A stretch of DNA of 64,000 nucleotides from Macrostomum lignano (lineage: Eukaryota): contig NIVC01000108.1 of assembly GCA_002269645.1 (NCBI GenBank), positions 1 to 64,000 of the forward strand, given 5' to 3'. Both the position numbers and the translations under genes were made by a program. Position 1 is the stretch's first letter. Every line of letters starts with the position of its first letter. The notes beneath the pieces are model-generated. The model was given only the letters and a program-made list of their open reading frames with translations. It had not been told where the DNA came from and did not search any database. Shown one piece after another: positions 12,131-24,421 of the stretch.

Positions 12131-15100
12131 TCACATGCGCAGGATGGGATAACTCTGCCAGTAAGTGGGGCGCGAGCCGCTATGCTGCTGCTGCCTAGCA
12201 ACCGGCCCAGCCGAGTGGACAGGCAGGCCGCTGTAGTGCAGGGAGAGCCGCAGCAGCCGGTCCAGCTGCAGTCTGGTCTCGGCCGGCCTGATGACGTCAT
12301 CGATCCACAGCTGGCCTGCGGCTTTGAAGGCGTCGGCGCCGGGCTCGGCCGCGTCCAGCCGCTCGGACAGGCGGCCGTTCGGCCAAGCGAGCAGGAAGTC
12401 CGGGCTCATGCAGCGGCCGCCCTGTGGGTTCGGGGTTAGATTCCGTGTGTGGAGCTGTGGCTCGCCTTGAAAACTGAAGCCTTCAAGATCTTGAAAACCA
12501 TTTTCTGGGCGTCGATTTGCAACGGTCCCTCGGCCATCAAGGTTGCCACTCCCCAGGAATTCCAGCGGGGATCCCCAGCCCGCCTCACCATGAGGAAGTA
12601 GTCGCAGCCGGCTGCGTCGCCAACGATGAGGCTGAGCCGGGGCAGCGGGAAGGCCGCCGACAGCGCCATCATCCGCGCCTTCGCTCGCAGGCAGGCGGCC
12701 GCCGATTCTGCGAGCGCTTCGGAGCCGGCGGGCTCGGGCAGGTCCAGCTCGGTGTGCACCAGCGACACCAGCGGGAGGCCGCGGTGACCGCACAGCTCCA
12801 GGAAGTGCGCGCCTTTGACGGCGTCCTTCTCGCCAAGCCGCGTCCAGCTGCCCATCAGCCCGACAGTGCGACTGGGGGTGGGGGATGCGGGAACTGAATG
12901 ACGGGCAGACAGACACACAGACTGACTGACAGGCAGGCAGAAAGTTGCTCACCCGCAGATGCGGCCGAAGCCGCATACGAGGCCGTGGCTGAAGGTGGGC
13001 TTGAACTCGAGCAGCTGGCTGGAGTCCAGCAGCCGGGCCAGGATGTTCAGCAGGCCGATTCGGCGCGCCTCGCCCTCCCGCGGCAGCAGGTTGAGGCCGA
13101 GGCTGGCCAGCTCGGCGCCGGGGAACATCGGGTCGGCGGGCGGCTCAGCGGGCGGCGGCGGCGGCGGCCTCGGCAGGGTGCCGGCGATCTCCCGCATCAG
13201 CCGGAAGCCTTCGGCCTCGTCGCCAGCGAAGTGGTCGGAGCAGCCGCTTGTGTGCGAGTGCAGCGCCGCGCCGCCGAGCTCATCCGCGCTGACAACTTCG
13301 CCGAGAGCGGCCTGGACGAGCGGCGGGCCGCCCAGGAAGACGTGGCCGATGCGGTCCACCATGACCACCTGGTCGCACATGGTCGGCACGTAGGCGCCGC
13401 CGGCCGTGCTGGAGCCGAGCACCAGCGCCAGCTGGGCGACGCCGCGCGCGTTCAGCGTCGCCTCGTTGAAGAAGGTGCGGCCGCCGTGCTGCGCGTCCGG
13501 GAAAATCTCCGACTGGGGAGGCATGGGGAGTATGGGGATCAGGAATGGGGAGTATGGGGATCAGGATGGGGAGTATTGGGATCAGGAATAGGGAGTATGG
13601 GGATCAGGAATGTAGAGTATGGGGATCAGGAATGGGGAGTATGGGGATCAGGAATGGGGAGTATGGGATCAGGAATGGGGAGTATTGGGGATCAGGAATG
13701 GGGAGTATGGGGATCAGGAATGGGGAGTATGGGGATCAGGAATGGGGAGTATGGGGATCAGGAATGGGGAGTATGGGGATCAGGAATGGGGAGTATGGGG
13801 ATCAGGAATGGGGAGTATGGGGATCAGGAATGGGGAGTATGGGGATCAGGAATGGGGAGTATGGGGATCAGGAATGGGGAGTATGGGATCAGGAATGGGG
13901 AGTATTGGGGATCAGGAATGGGGAGTATGGGGATCAGGAATGGGGAGTATGGGGATCAGGAATGGGGAGTATGGGGATCAGGAATGGGGAGTATGGGGAT
14001 CAGGAATGGGGAGTATGGGGATCAGGAATGGGGAGTATGGGGATCAGGAATGGGGAGTATGGGGATCAGGAATGGGGAGTATGGGATCAGGAATGGGGAG
14101 TATGGGGATCAGGAATGGGGAGTATGGGGATCAGGAATGGGGAGTATGGGGATCAGGAATGGGGAGTATGGGGATCAGGGTGTTAAGGTTTCAGGAATCT
14201 CAGCTTAGGATTCTCAAGCCTCGCTTAAGCACTCAAAGACGAAGTGTGCGCTTGTACCTGCAGCGGTAGGAAGGCCCCGCCGCTGTCCACCAGGTAGACA
14301 ATGGGAATGCGGCAGGTGCCGCTGAGCTCCTGCAGGCGCAGCATCTTCTTGACGCCGATGGGGTACAGGGTGCCGCCCTTCACTGTCGCGTCGTTGGCTG
14401 CAGCGATGCACAGGCGATCGCTGATGCGCCCGAAGGCTGTAGGGAGTTGAGATTTGAGGAGTTGAGGAGGCTATTAGTGAAATTGGGCTATCAGTGACGA
14501 TGGGGCCATCAGTGATCAGTGACAATGAGGCTATCAGTGACAATGAGGCTATAAGCGACAATGAAGCTATCAGTGACAATGAGGCTATCAGTGACAATGA
14601 GGCCATCAGTGACAATGAGGACATCAGTTACAATGAGGCTATCAGTGACAATGAGGCCATCAGTGACAATGAGGCCATCAGTTACAATGAGGCTATCAGT
14701 GACAATGAGGCTATCAGTGACAATGAAGCTATCAGTGACAATGAAGCTATCAGTGACAATGAGGCTATCAGCGACAATGAAGCTATCAGTGACAATGAGG
14801 CTATCAGCGACAATGAGGCCATCAGTGACAATGAGGCCATCAGTGACAATGAGGCCTTCAGTGACAATGAGGCCATCAGTGACAATGAGGCCATCAGTGA
14901 CAATGAGGCTATCAGTGACAATTAGGCTACGAGTATCAGTGACAATGAGGCCATCAGTGACAATGAGGCCATCAGTGACAATGAGGCCATCAGTGACAAT
15001 GCCAATCTGTCTGCCGGACGCTCACCGGTGATGGAGCCGGCAGCCGGCACGGTGCCGTAGGGCATGCCGTGGCCCGCCAGCCGGTTGATCTCGCAGAACT

Positions 15101-15329
15101 TGCCGCTGTCGAACAGCATCCGCAGGCGCTGCCTCGGCGCCACCTTCTTGTTGACGCTGCAGTGGCGCTGGTGGCCGCGCGGCCCCCCGCCGGCGCTGGC
15201 CTCGGCCTCGAGGGCGTCCAGCGCGGCCTGCAGGCGGCGCATCTCAGCGGCTGCTTCAGCGAGGCCGCCCAGCTGCAGCTTCGCCAGCGGGGAGCCGAGC
15301 AGGGCGCGCAGTGGCCGCGTGGTGCGCAT
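12131..15329 (-). CDS. Methylcrotonyl-CoA carboxylase beta-like (MCCC2-like paralog) carboxyltransferase, about 538 aa, 5 coding exons
   Basis: Exons 15026-15329, 14258-14436, 12953-13512, 12589-12871 and 12131-12421 join in frame (1617 nt). Motifs: [51 protein letters not shown]. The true N-terminus is uncertain. Confidence 0.88.
13522..14180. repeat. 22-bp minisatellite in MCCC2-like intron 2
   Basis: Unit GGGGAGTATGGGGATCAGGAAT. Confidence 0.95.
14490..15000. repeat. 18-bp minisatellite in MCCC2-like intron 1
   Basis: Unit ATCAGTGACAATGAGGCT. Confidence 0.95.
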
Positions 15330-15350
15330 GCGGGCGGCTGCTGCGGAGTG

Positions 15351-16425
15351 GCAATGGTCTAGCAATCCACCCTGACACCTGACTGACGGCAGCAATGGTC
15401 TAGCAATCCACCGACACCTGACTGACGGCAGCAATGGTCTAGCAATCCACCCTGACACCTGACTGACGGCAGCAATGGTCTAGCAATCCACCCTGACACC
15501 TGACTGACAGCAGCAATGGTCTAGCAATCCACCCTGACACCTGACTGACAGCAGCAATGGTCTAGCAATCCACCCTGACACCTGACTGACAGCAGCAATG
15601 GTCTAGCAATCCACCCTGACACCTGACTGACGGCAGCAATGGTCTAGCAATCCACCCTGACACCTGACTGACGGCAGCAATGGTCTAGCAATCCACCCTG
15701 ACACCTGACTGACGGCAGCAATGGTCTAGCAATCCACCCTGACACCTGACTGACGGCAGCAATGGTCTAGCAATCCACCCTGACACCTGACTGACAGCAG
15801 CAATGGTCTAGCAATCCACCCTGACACCTGACTGACAGCAGCAATGGTCTAGCAATCCACCCTGACACCTGACTGACGGCAGCAATGGTCTAGCAATCCA
15901 CTCTGACACCTGACTGACGGCAGCAATGGTCTAGCAATCCACCCTGACACCTGACTGACGGCAGCAATGGTCTAGCAATCCACCCTGACACCTGACTGAC
16001 AGCAGCAATGGTCTAGCAATCCACCGACACCTGACTGACGGCAGCAATGGTCTAGCAATCCACCCTGACACCTGACTGACAGCAGCAATGGTCTAGCAAT
16101 CCACCGACACCTGACTGACGGCAGCAATGGTCTAGCAATCCACCCTGACACCTGACTGACAGCAGCAATGGTCTAGCAATCCACCCTGACACCTGACTGA
16201 CAGCAGCAATGGTCTAGCAATCCACCCTGACACCTGACTGACGGCAGCAATGGTCTAGCAATCCACCCTGACACCTGACTGACGGCAGCAATGGTCTAGC
16301 AATCCACCCTGACACCTGACTGACGGCAGCAATGGTCTAGCAATCCACCCTGACACCTGACTGACGGCAGCAATGGTCTAGCAATCCACCCTGACACCTG
16401 ACTGACAGCAGCAATGGTCTAGCAA
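15351..16425. repeat. 41-bp satellite between BRAP and the MCCC2-like gene
   Basis: Unit AGCAATGGTCTAGCAATCCACCCTGACACCTGACTGACGGC. Confidence 0.95.
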
Positions 16426-16804
16426 AGATGAATTCGGGGAAGCTGAGGCTCTTTGAAGGGGAACCTGGGGAAGCAAATCCATATTATTATCCAATGAATA
16501 ATGGAAGATTAAATAAATATACCAATAAAGACAAGCTGCAATCAGTGAGCCAATGAGCAAGCAGACACAAAAGTACACAAAGTGATCCGTGCAGCATGGA
16601 TATTTATATTTAGCTATGTAGAAATTTCAACAGGAAATACAGGCTTAAAAAAGGAACAGGAAAGCAAAGACGCTAACACGAGTTGAGTAATAAATTGTGA
16701 TAGCCTTGATACGTCATATAATATTCGAACTAATTGTATTTGAATGCTGATGCAGAACAACTGAGGGGCTGAAATGAGCGGCTCGTGCTGGGGGAAACCA
16801 TCAG

Positions 16805-17577
16805 TCACTTCCTGCCGCTCCTCTTCTTGGCGGACTTGGAACCGCTGGCACCCTGCTGCGGCTGCTCACCGACCACCAGCTGGCTGCCGACTGCTTCATC
16901 CTGAGTCAGCTGACCGGCCAGCTGCTGTCCAGCCTCCAGGTGTGCGTACAGGTCCCTCATCTCCTCCCGCAGCTGCTCCAGCTCCTCTTCCTTCTTGCGC
17001 AGCTCGGCTACGCGGCGAGCCTGGAAGATGGGATTGGTGGGGATGAGGCTGGGAAGCAGGGTTGAGATGCAGTTGGAAAACTGGGCGAGGATGAGGCCGG
17101 GAAGCTGGGTTGAGATGGAGTTGGAAAACTGGGCGAGGATGAGGCCGGGAAGCTGGGTTGAGATGGAGTTGCAAAGCTAGGCAAAGATGAGGCTGGGAAG
17201 CTGGGCGAAATTAGGACTGAGTCGAGAATGAGACAAAACAGCAATTTCTTTTCGCTCCGACTCCAGCCCTTTCCCACGATTCGCACCTCCTCAGCCTGCA
17301 GCCGCTCCTGCAGGTCGCGCTGGTTGGCCAGCATGCCCGAGTTGAAGCCGCGCTCTTCGTCCAGCTCCTTCTGCAGCTTCTGCAGCCGGCTGTTCGTCTG
17401 GCCAAGCCGCTTGTCCAGTGCGGCCCGCTCGCGTCTGGCCTCCTCCAGCTCGGCCATGGTGCGGAGCCGCTGCTCCCGCTCCTGCTCCGCCTGTGGTGGT
17501 AGCGTGTGCGGGACTGGCTGACTGATAGCAGGCAGGCAGACAAACAGACAGACAGACAGACAGGCAGACAGATAGCC

Positions 17578-17628
<51 letters not shown>

Positions 17629-17633
17629 TAGCC

Positions 17634-17700
<67 letters not shown>

Positions 17701-17749
17701 TAGCCAGACAGACAGACAGACAGACACACAGACACAGACAGACAGACAC

Positions 17750-17820
<71 letters not shown>

Positions 17821-17863
17821 CAGACAGACACACAGACAGACACACAGACAGACAGACAGACAC

Positions 17864-17902
<39 letters not shown>

Positions 17903-17993
17903 CACAGACACAGACAGACACACAGACAGACAGACACACAGACAGACAGACAGACAGACAGACACACAGACAGACAGACAGACAGACAGACAC

Positions 17994-18068
<75 letters not shown>

Positions 18069-18087
18069 CACAGACACAGACAGACAC

Positions 18088-18142
<55 letters not shown>

Positions 18143-20375
18143 CAGACAAAAGGACACGCACCTGCAGCGCTGTCTCGCGCAGGTTTGCAGCCTGCTGCTC
18201 AAGCTGCTCCTCATAGTAGAGCCGCTGGCTCTCCAGCTGGGAGGTGAGCAGGTAGGTGTACTCCAGCGTCACCGCGTCCAACTTATCGTCCGGTACGTCG
18301 CCGCCGACCTGCACGAGTTTGCCGTCGGCCTTGTTCTGCACCAGCCGGTGGACGAAGTTGTCGCCGCAGTAGTCCCAGACCCGGTCCGTGCCCACCTGGA
18401 CGAGTTGCGTTTGCGGTAGCATTTAGAGTTGGCGAGAGCACACAACCAACCAATACTGTACGCAGGCACTCACACACAGCTCACACACAGCTCACACACA
18501 GGTCACACACAGCTCACACACAGGTCACACACAGGTCACACACAGCTAACACACAGCTCACACACAGCTCACACACAGGTCACACACAGCTCAGACACAG
18601 CTCACACACAGCTCACACACAGCTCACACACAGCTCACACACAGCTCACACACAGCTCAGACACAGCTCACACACAGCTCACACACAGCTCAGACACAGC
18701 TCAGACACAGCTCACACACAGCTCACACACAGGTCAGACACAGCTCACACACAGCTCACACACAGCTCACACACAGGTCACACACAGCTCAGACACAGCT
18801 CACACACAGCTCACACACAGCTCACACACAGCTCACACACAGCTCACACACAGCTCAGACACAGCTCACACACAGCTCACACACAGCTCAGACACAGCTC
18901 AGACACAGCTCACACACAGCTCACACACAGGTCAGACACAGCTCACACACAGCTCACACACAGCTCACACACAGCTCACACACAGGTCACACACAGCTCA
19001 GACACAGCTCACACACAGCTCACACACAGCTCACACACAGCTCACACACAGCTCAGACACAGCTCACACACAGCTCACACACAGCTCAGACACAGCTCAG
19101 ACACAGCTCAGACACAGCTCACACACAGCTCACACACAGCTCACACACAGCTCACACACAGCTCACACACAGCTCAGACACAGCTCAGACACAGCTCACA
19201 CACAGCTCACACACAGCTCAGACAGGGTGTACAGCAGCCCTGGCATTCTAATCGTCAGGCATTTGCACTCCTTGGGGTTTGGCTCTCATGTGTGTGAATG
19301 GATTTCTCGTGAATTTTCCGCCGAGCTGCTCTGCCTCCCAACGACTCACCTCCATAGCGAAGGTGTGGCTGGTGCTCCTGAAGTGCTCATACGCGTGCCC
19401 GCCGGTGTAGCGGCCGCAGCCAACGTAGCCGCAGATCAGGCAGATCCACAGACTGTCGGTGTCGCCGCACAAGGAGCAGCTGTTGCCGTCGGAGCTCTGC
19501 GGGGTGGCAACGTAGCGGCACACGGGGCAAGAGGCCTCGTGCCACTTGTCCAGGCAGCGCAGGTGGAAGCTGTGGTTGCACAGGATGGTCAGGATGCCCT
19601 TGAGCGGCTCGTCAAGCCGGTCCAGGCACACTGGGCAGGTGGGCAGCTCCACCAGCTCGCGCACGGGGAACTGGGCGCCGCGGGACCGGGTCTCCACGCG
19701 GGCCACGTAGGCCAGGCAGCAGGTGAGCTCGGGCTCCAGCGAGCTGAACGGCTCGCCGTGCTTGGCGCTGTAGAACTGGTCCGCGGCGGCCTGGTCGGTG
19801 AACTGCAGCAGCACCATGAACTGGCCTGGCGACCGGTCCCTGATGATCTTCATCTCCAGCAGCTCGGAGCCGCTGTCCGCCACGAACTGAGCCAGGTCAA
19901 TCACCGTCATGTGCGCCGGCACCGCCAGCATCACCAGCACGGAGGGCCGGGCCGAGCCCCAGTCTCCCGTGTCCTTCATCAGGTGCAGCATGCCGTGCGT
20001 CAGGCCGGCTGACGGGTTGCCGGAGAAAAATGCCCGCTCGATGGCGGCCGACGGAGCCGCCGACAGCGCTGGCGGCTTCGGCTCCGTGGACGGCTGCGAT
20101 TCAGGCGGCTGCTCCGCCATTGCTGCCAGGGCCTGCGGAGTCACCGATGCAATGCGGATTTCGTGAGGAACTCGCTGGCCTCGGCACTCGGCTGCTGCCG
20201 CGGCTTCTGCGGTGTCCGAGGCGGCCGCGGCTGCCGGCTTGCTGAGGCAGCGGGTGTAGAAGGGGGCGCAGTAGCTCAGGTGCGCTACTGGGCTGTCGGG
20301 AGAGTCGCAGCTGTCAGTCAGCTCAAACAGCAGCACCAGCAGGCTGGGCCGGGGGCTCGCGTCAGCGCTGTCCAT
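16805..20375 (-). CDS. BRAP: BRCA1-associated protein BRAP/IMP (BRAP2 domain, RING, ZnF-UBP, coiled coil), about 559 aa, 4 exons
   Basis: Exons 19350-20375, 18162-18395, 17287-17490 and 16805-17020, all phase 0. Motifs: [63 protein letters not shown]. Confidence 0.95.
17525..19222. repeat. BRAP intronic microsatellites: (CAGA)n at 17525-18148 and (CACACAGCT)n at 18470-19222
   Basis: Direct inspection. Confidence 0.95.
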
Positions 20376-20409
20376 GCCATGGGGCGGCCTGCAGCGGCGG
20401 GGCGAGGCT

Positions 20410-21052
20410 GGTGACACACCTGGCTTGGGGCATGGAGCTGGTGACACACCTGGCTTGGGACATGGAGCTGGTGACACACCTGGCTTGGGACATGGAGCTG
20501 GTGACACACCTGGCTTGGGGCATGGAGCTAATGACACACCTGGCTTGGGGCATGGAGCTAATGACACACCTGGCTTGGGGCATGGAGCTGGTGACACACC
20601 TGGCTTGGGGCATGGAGCTGGTGACACACCTGGCTTGGGGCATGGAGCTGGTGACACCTGGCTTGGGGCATGGAGCTGGTGACACACCTGGCTTGGGGCA
20701 TGGAGCTGGTGACACACCTGGCTTGGGGCATGGAGCTGGTGACACACCTGGCTTGGGGCATGGAGCTGGTGACACCTGGCTTGGGGCATGGAGCTGGTGA
20801 CACACCTGGCTTGGGGCATGGAGCTGGTGACACACCTGGCTTGGGGCATGGAGCTGGTGACACACCTGGCTTGGGGCATGGAGCTGGTGACACACCTGGC
20901 TTGGGGCATGGAGCTGGTGACACACCTGGCTTGGGGCATGGAGCTGGTGACACACCTGGCTTGGGGCATGGAGCTGGTGACACACCTGGCTTGGGGCATG
21001 GAGCTGGTGACACACCTGGCTTGGGGCATGGAGCTGGTGACACCTGGCTTGG
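20410..21052. repeat. 30-bp satellite between the XRN1 poly(A) signal and the BRAP acceptor
   Basis: Unit GTGACACACCTGGCTTGGGGCATGGAGCTG, with 28-bp variants. Confidence 0.95.
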
Positions 21053-21064
21053 GTCATGAAGTAG

Positions 21065-21070
21065 TTTATT
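21065..21070 (-). terminator. Probable XRN1 polyadenylation signal AATAAA
   Basis: TTTATT on the + strand, about 430 nt past the XRN1 stop and immediately before the satellite. Confidence 0.55.
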
Positions 21071-21500
21071 AAAGAAAATGAATGAAAGAACGCCAGAAAT
21101 ATATTTTCTTGAACACAACAGGCAGTACCAGGTGGAGCGGCTATATTATCTTATCTACCAAACGGCAGAGGCTCTGCAGCGAATTGCTTGCAGAAGCAAT
21201 ACAAGCAACACCAAAAACAATAAAAATATTGATGAGGCTGCAGGCAGAACGCCGGAGCGGCATGAACACTTGAGACTTAAAAATCGGAGAGAGAATTAGA
21301 TGAAGCTAATAATTATTAAACTGGCGGGAGTTACAAACCGCTCGAACGCTAAGAGTCGGAGAAACATGTCAAAGCAGTAGAAATCCAGCAATTAGAGCTA
21401 AATTTGAGTCACACAAGCACTGGAGGGAGATGTCAAAACAGAACGAAGTCTTCAGTTATCTAGTCTACAGCTCAATAGGTACTCAACAGAGTTGAGCAGT

Positions 21501-24379
21501 TCAACTGCCCGGCTGCTGCTGAGACCCCAGGCCGTCCAGGTTGATGCCCAGCCGCTTCTTCGGGGCAGATTTCGGTTTCTTCGAGCCGTTCGAGCGCGGC
21601 TTTTGTTGCTGCTGCTGCTGTTGTTGTTGCTGCTGCTGCTGGTGCTTCGAAGTTGCAGACGCAGTTGCGGCAGCTGCGGGCTGGTCGGCAGCGGGCTTCG
21701 GGATCTGCAGCATGGCCCGCAAGGCCTGCTCCACTGCCTGGGCCTTCGGGTCCTGCGGCTGCTGCTGCTGTTGTTGCAGATTCTGTCTTTGCTGCTGCTG
21801 CTGTTGCAGATTCTGTCTTTGCTGCTGCTGCTGTTGCAGATTCTGTATTTGCTGCTGCTGCTGTTGTTGCAGATTCTGTATTTGCTGCTGCTGCTGTTGT
21901 TGCAGATTCTGTCTTTGCTGCTGCTGCTGTTGTTGCAGATTCTGTCTTTGCTGCTGCTGAGCTGAAGCAGGCTGGTAGGTGTAATTTGACTGCGGCTTAC
22001 TGTACTGCTGCTGGTGAGATCTCTGCCTTTGATGCTGCGGCTGCTGTTGGGGCTGCTGTTGCACTTTTAGCGAATTGCAATAGTCGCAGAGTCTGCGCAC
22101 CTGAAGAGAGAAAATTTAAGGAATAAAGAAGCAGAGAAGTAAGAGTGCCTTTGTCCACTTGGGAACTGTCTAAGCAAGCTTTTGAGCACTGCACCTGTGA
22201 GTGTGGGACCAGTACTTTACCTGTGAGTGTGGGACCAGTACTGTACCTGTGAGTGTGGGACCAGTACTTTACCTGTGAGTGTGGGACCAGTACTGTACCT
22301 GTGAGTGTGGGACCAGTACTTTACCTGTGAGTGTGGGACCAGTACTGCACCTGTGAGTGTGGGACCAGTACTGTACCTGTGAGTGTGGGACCAGTACTTT
22401 ACCTGTGAGTGTGGGACCAGTACTGTACCTGTGAGTGTGGGACCAGTACTTTACCTGTGAGTGTGGGACCAGTACTGCACCTGTGAGTGTGGGACCAGTA
22501 CTGTACCTGTGAGTGTGGGACCAGTACTTTACCTGTGAGTGTGGGACCAGTACTGTACCTGTGAGTGTGGGACCAGTACTTTACCTGTGAGTGTGGGACC
22601 AGTACTGCACCTGTGAGTGTGGGACCAGTACTTTACCTGTGAGTGTGGGACCAGTACTTTACCTGTGAGTGTGGGACCAGTACTTTACCTGTGAGTGTGG
22701 GACCAGTACTGCACCTGTGAGTGTGGGACCAGTACTGTACCTGTGAGTGTGGGACCAGTACTGCACCTGTAAGTGTGGGACCAGTACTGCACCTGTGAGT
22801 GTGTGACCAGTACTGTACTTGTGAATTTGGGATCAGTACTGCACCTGTGAGTGTGTGACCAGTACTGCACTTGTGAATTTGGGATCAGTACTGCACCTGT
22901 GAGTGTGTGACCAGTACTGCACTTGTGAATTTGGGATCAGTACTGCACCTGTGAGTGTGTGACCAGTACTGCACTTGTAAATTTGGGATCAGTACTGCAC
23001 CTGTGAGTGTGTGACCAGTACTGTACTTGTGAATTTGGGATCAGTACTGCACCTGTGAGTGTGTGACCAGTACTGTACTTGTGAATTTGGGATCAGTACT
23101 GCACCTGTGAGTGTGTGACCAGTACTGTACTTGTGAATTTGGGATCAGTACTGTACCTGTGAGTGTGTGACCAGTACTGCACTTGTGAATTTGGGATCAG
23201 TACTGCACCTGTGAGTGTGGGACCAGTACTGCACTTGTGAATTTGGGATCAGTAATGCACCTGTGAGTGTGTGACCAGTACTGCACTTGTGAATTTGGGA
23301 TCAGTACTGCACCTGTGAGTGTGTGACCAGTACTGTACTTGTGAATTTGGGATCAGTACTGCACCTGTGAGTGTGTGACCAGTACTGTACTTGTGAATTT
23401 GGGATCAGTACTGCACCTGTGAGTGTGTGACCAGTACTGTACTTGTGAATTTGGGATCAGTAATGCACCGGTGTGTGTGTGACCAGTACTGTACCTGTGA
23501 GTATGTGACCAGTACTGTACCTGTGAGTATGTGACCAGTACTGTACTTGTGAATTTGGGACCAGTACTGCACCGGTGTGTGTGACCAGTACTGTACTTGT
23601 GAATTTGGGATCAGTAATGCACCTGTGAGTGTGTGACCAGTACTGTACTTGTGAATTTGGGATCAGTAATGCACCTGTGAGTGTGTGACCAGTACTGTAC
23701 TTGTGAATTTGGGATCAGTAATGCACCTGTGAGTGTGTGACTAGTACTGTACTTGTGAATTTGGGATCAGTACTGCACCTGTGAGTGTGTGACCAGTACT
23801 GTACTTGTGAATTTGGGATCAGTACTGTACCTGTGAGTGTGTGACCAGTACTGTACTTGTGAATTTGGGATCAGTACTGTACCTGTGAGTGTGTGACTAG
23901 TACTGTACTTGTGAATTTGGGATCAGTACTGCACCTGTGAGTGTGTGACTAGTACTGTACTTGTGAATTTGGGATCAGTAATGCACGTAATTCGTTCAAT
24001 CCAGCACTACATGTACTTAATTGGCTGCCCTGTGGACGATTCAAGCAGAATATCTGCGTACTAACCGAGGCCGATTCTGCTTAACTCCAGCCTCGCTCGC
24101 GCCCCCGACTCACCACATCAAGCTTGGCCTCGGGCCGGGACCGCATCGGCTGCCCCTCCATCACGAAGCCGTTGGGGAATCGAACCACGGCGGAGCAGGC
24201 GTCCCCGTACACCTGGAAGTCTATGGCCGGGACCGGCCAATCCCATTCGGCTAGCAGGGAGTTCAGCAGGCGCTGGGACTCGTGCTCAGCCGTAGGCTGG
24301 TTTCGGGCCGGTGAAGCGGTCTGCTGCACAGGCTGCTGCTGCTGCAGGGCGGACACCAAGGCTGAGAAGTTGAACGACC

Positions 24380-24421
<42 letters not shown>

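Noticed and set aside
12898-13524. Antisense ORFs over GC-rich exons (also 19248-20012, 27316-28043, 46949-47521, 49722-50177)
   Set aside because: They are shadows of high-GC3 coding on the opposite strand and have no recognisable motifs.
15351-16425. CRISPR-like regular arrays of 26-41 bp
   Set aside because: The units are contiguous with no unique spacers, there are no cas genes, and the context is spliced eukaryotic genes.
16400-16466. Possible extra 5' exon of the MCCC2-like gene (acceptor at 16465, donor-like site in the first satellite unit)
   Set aside because: It has no ATG, and the donor is one of many identical repeat copies. It cannot be supported without cDNA.
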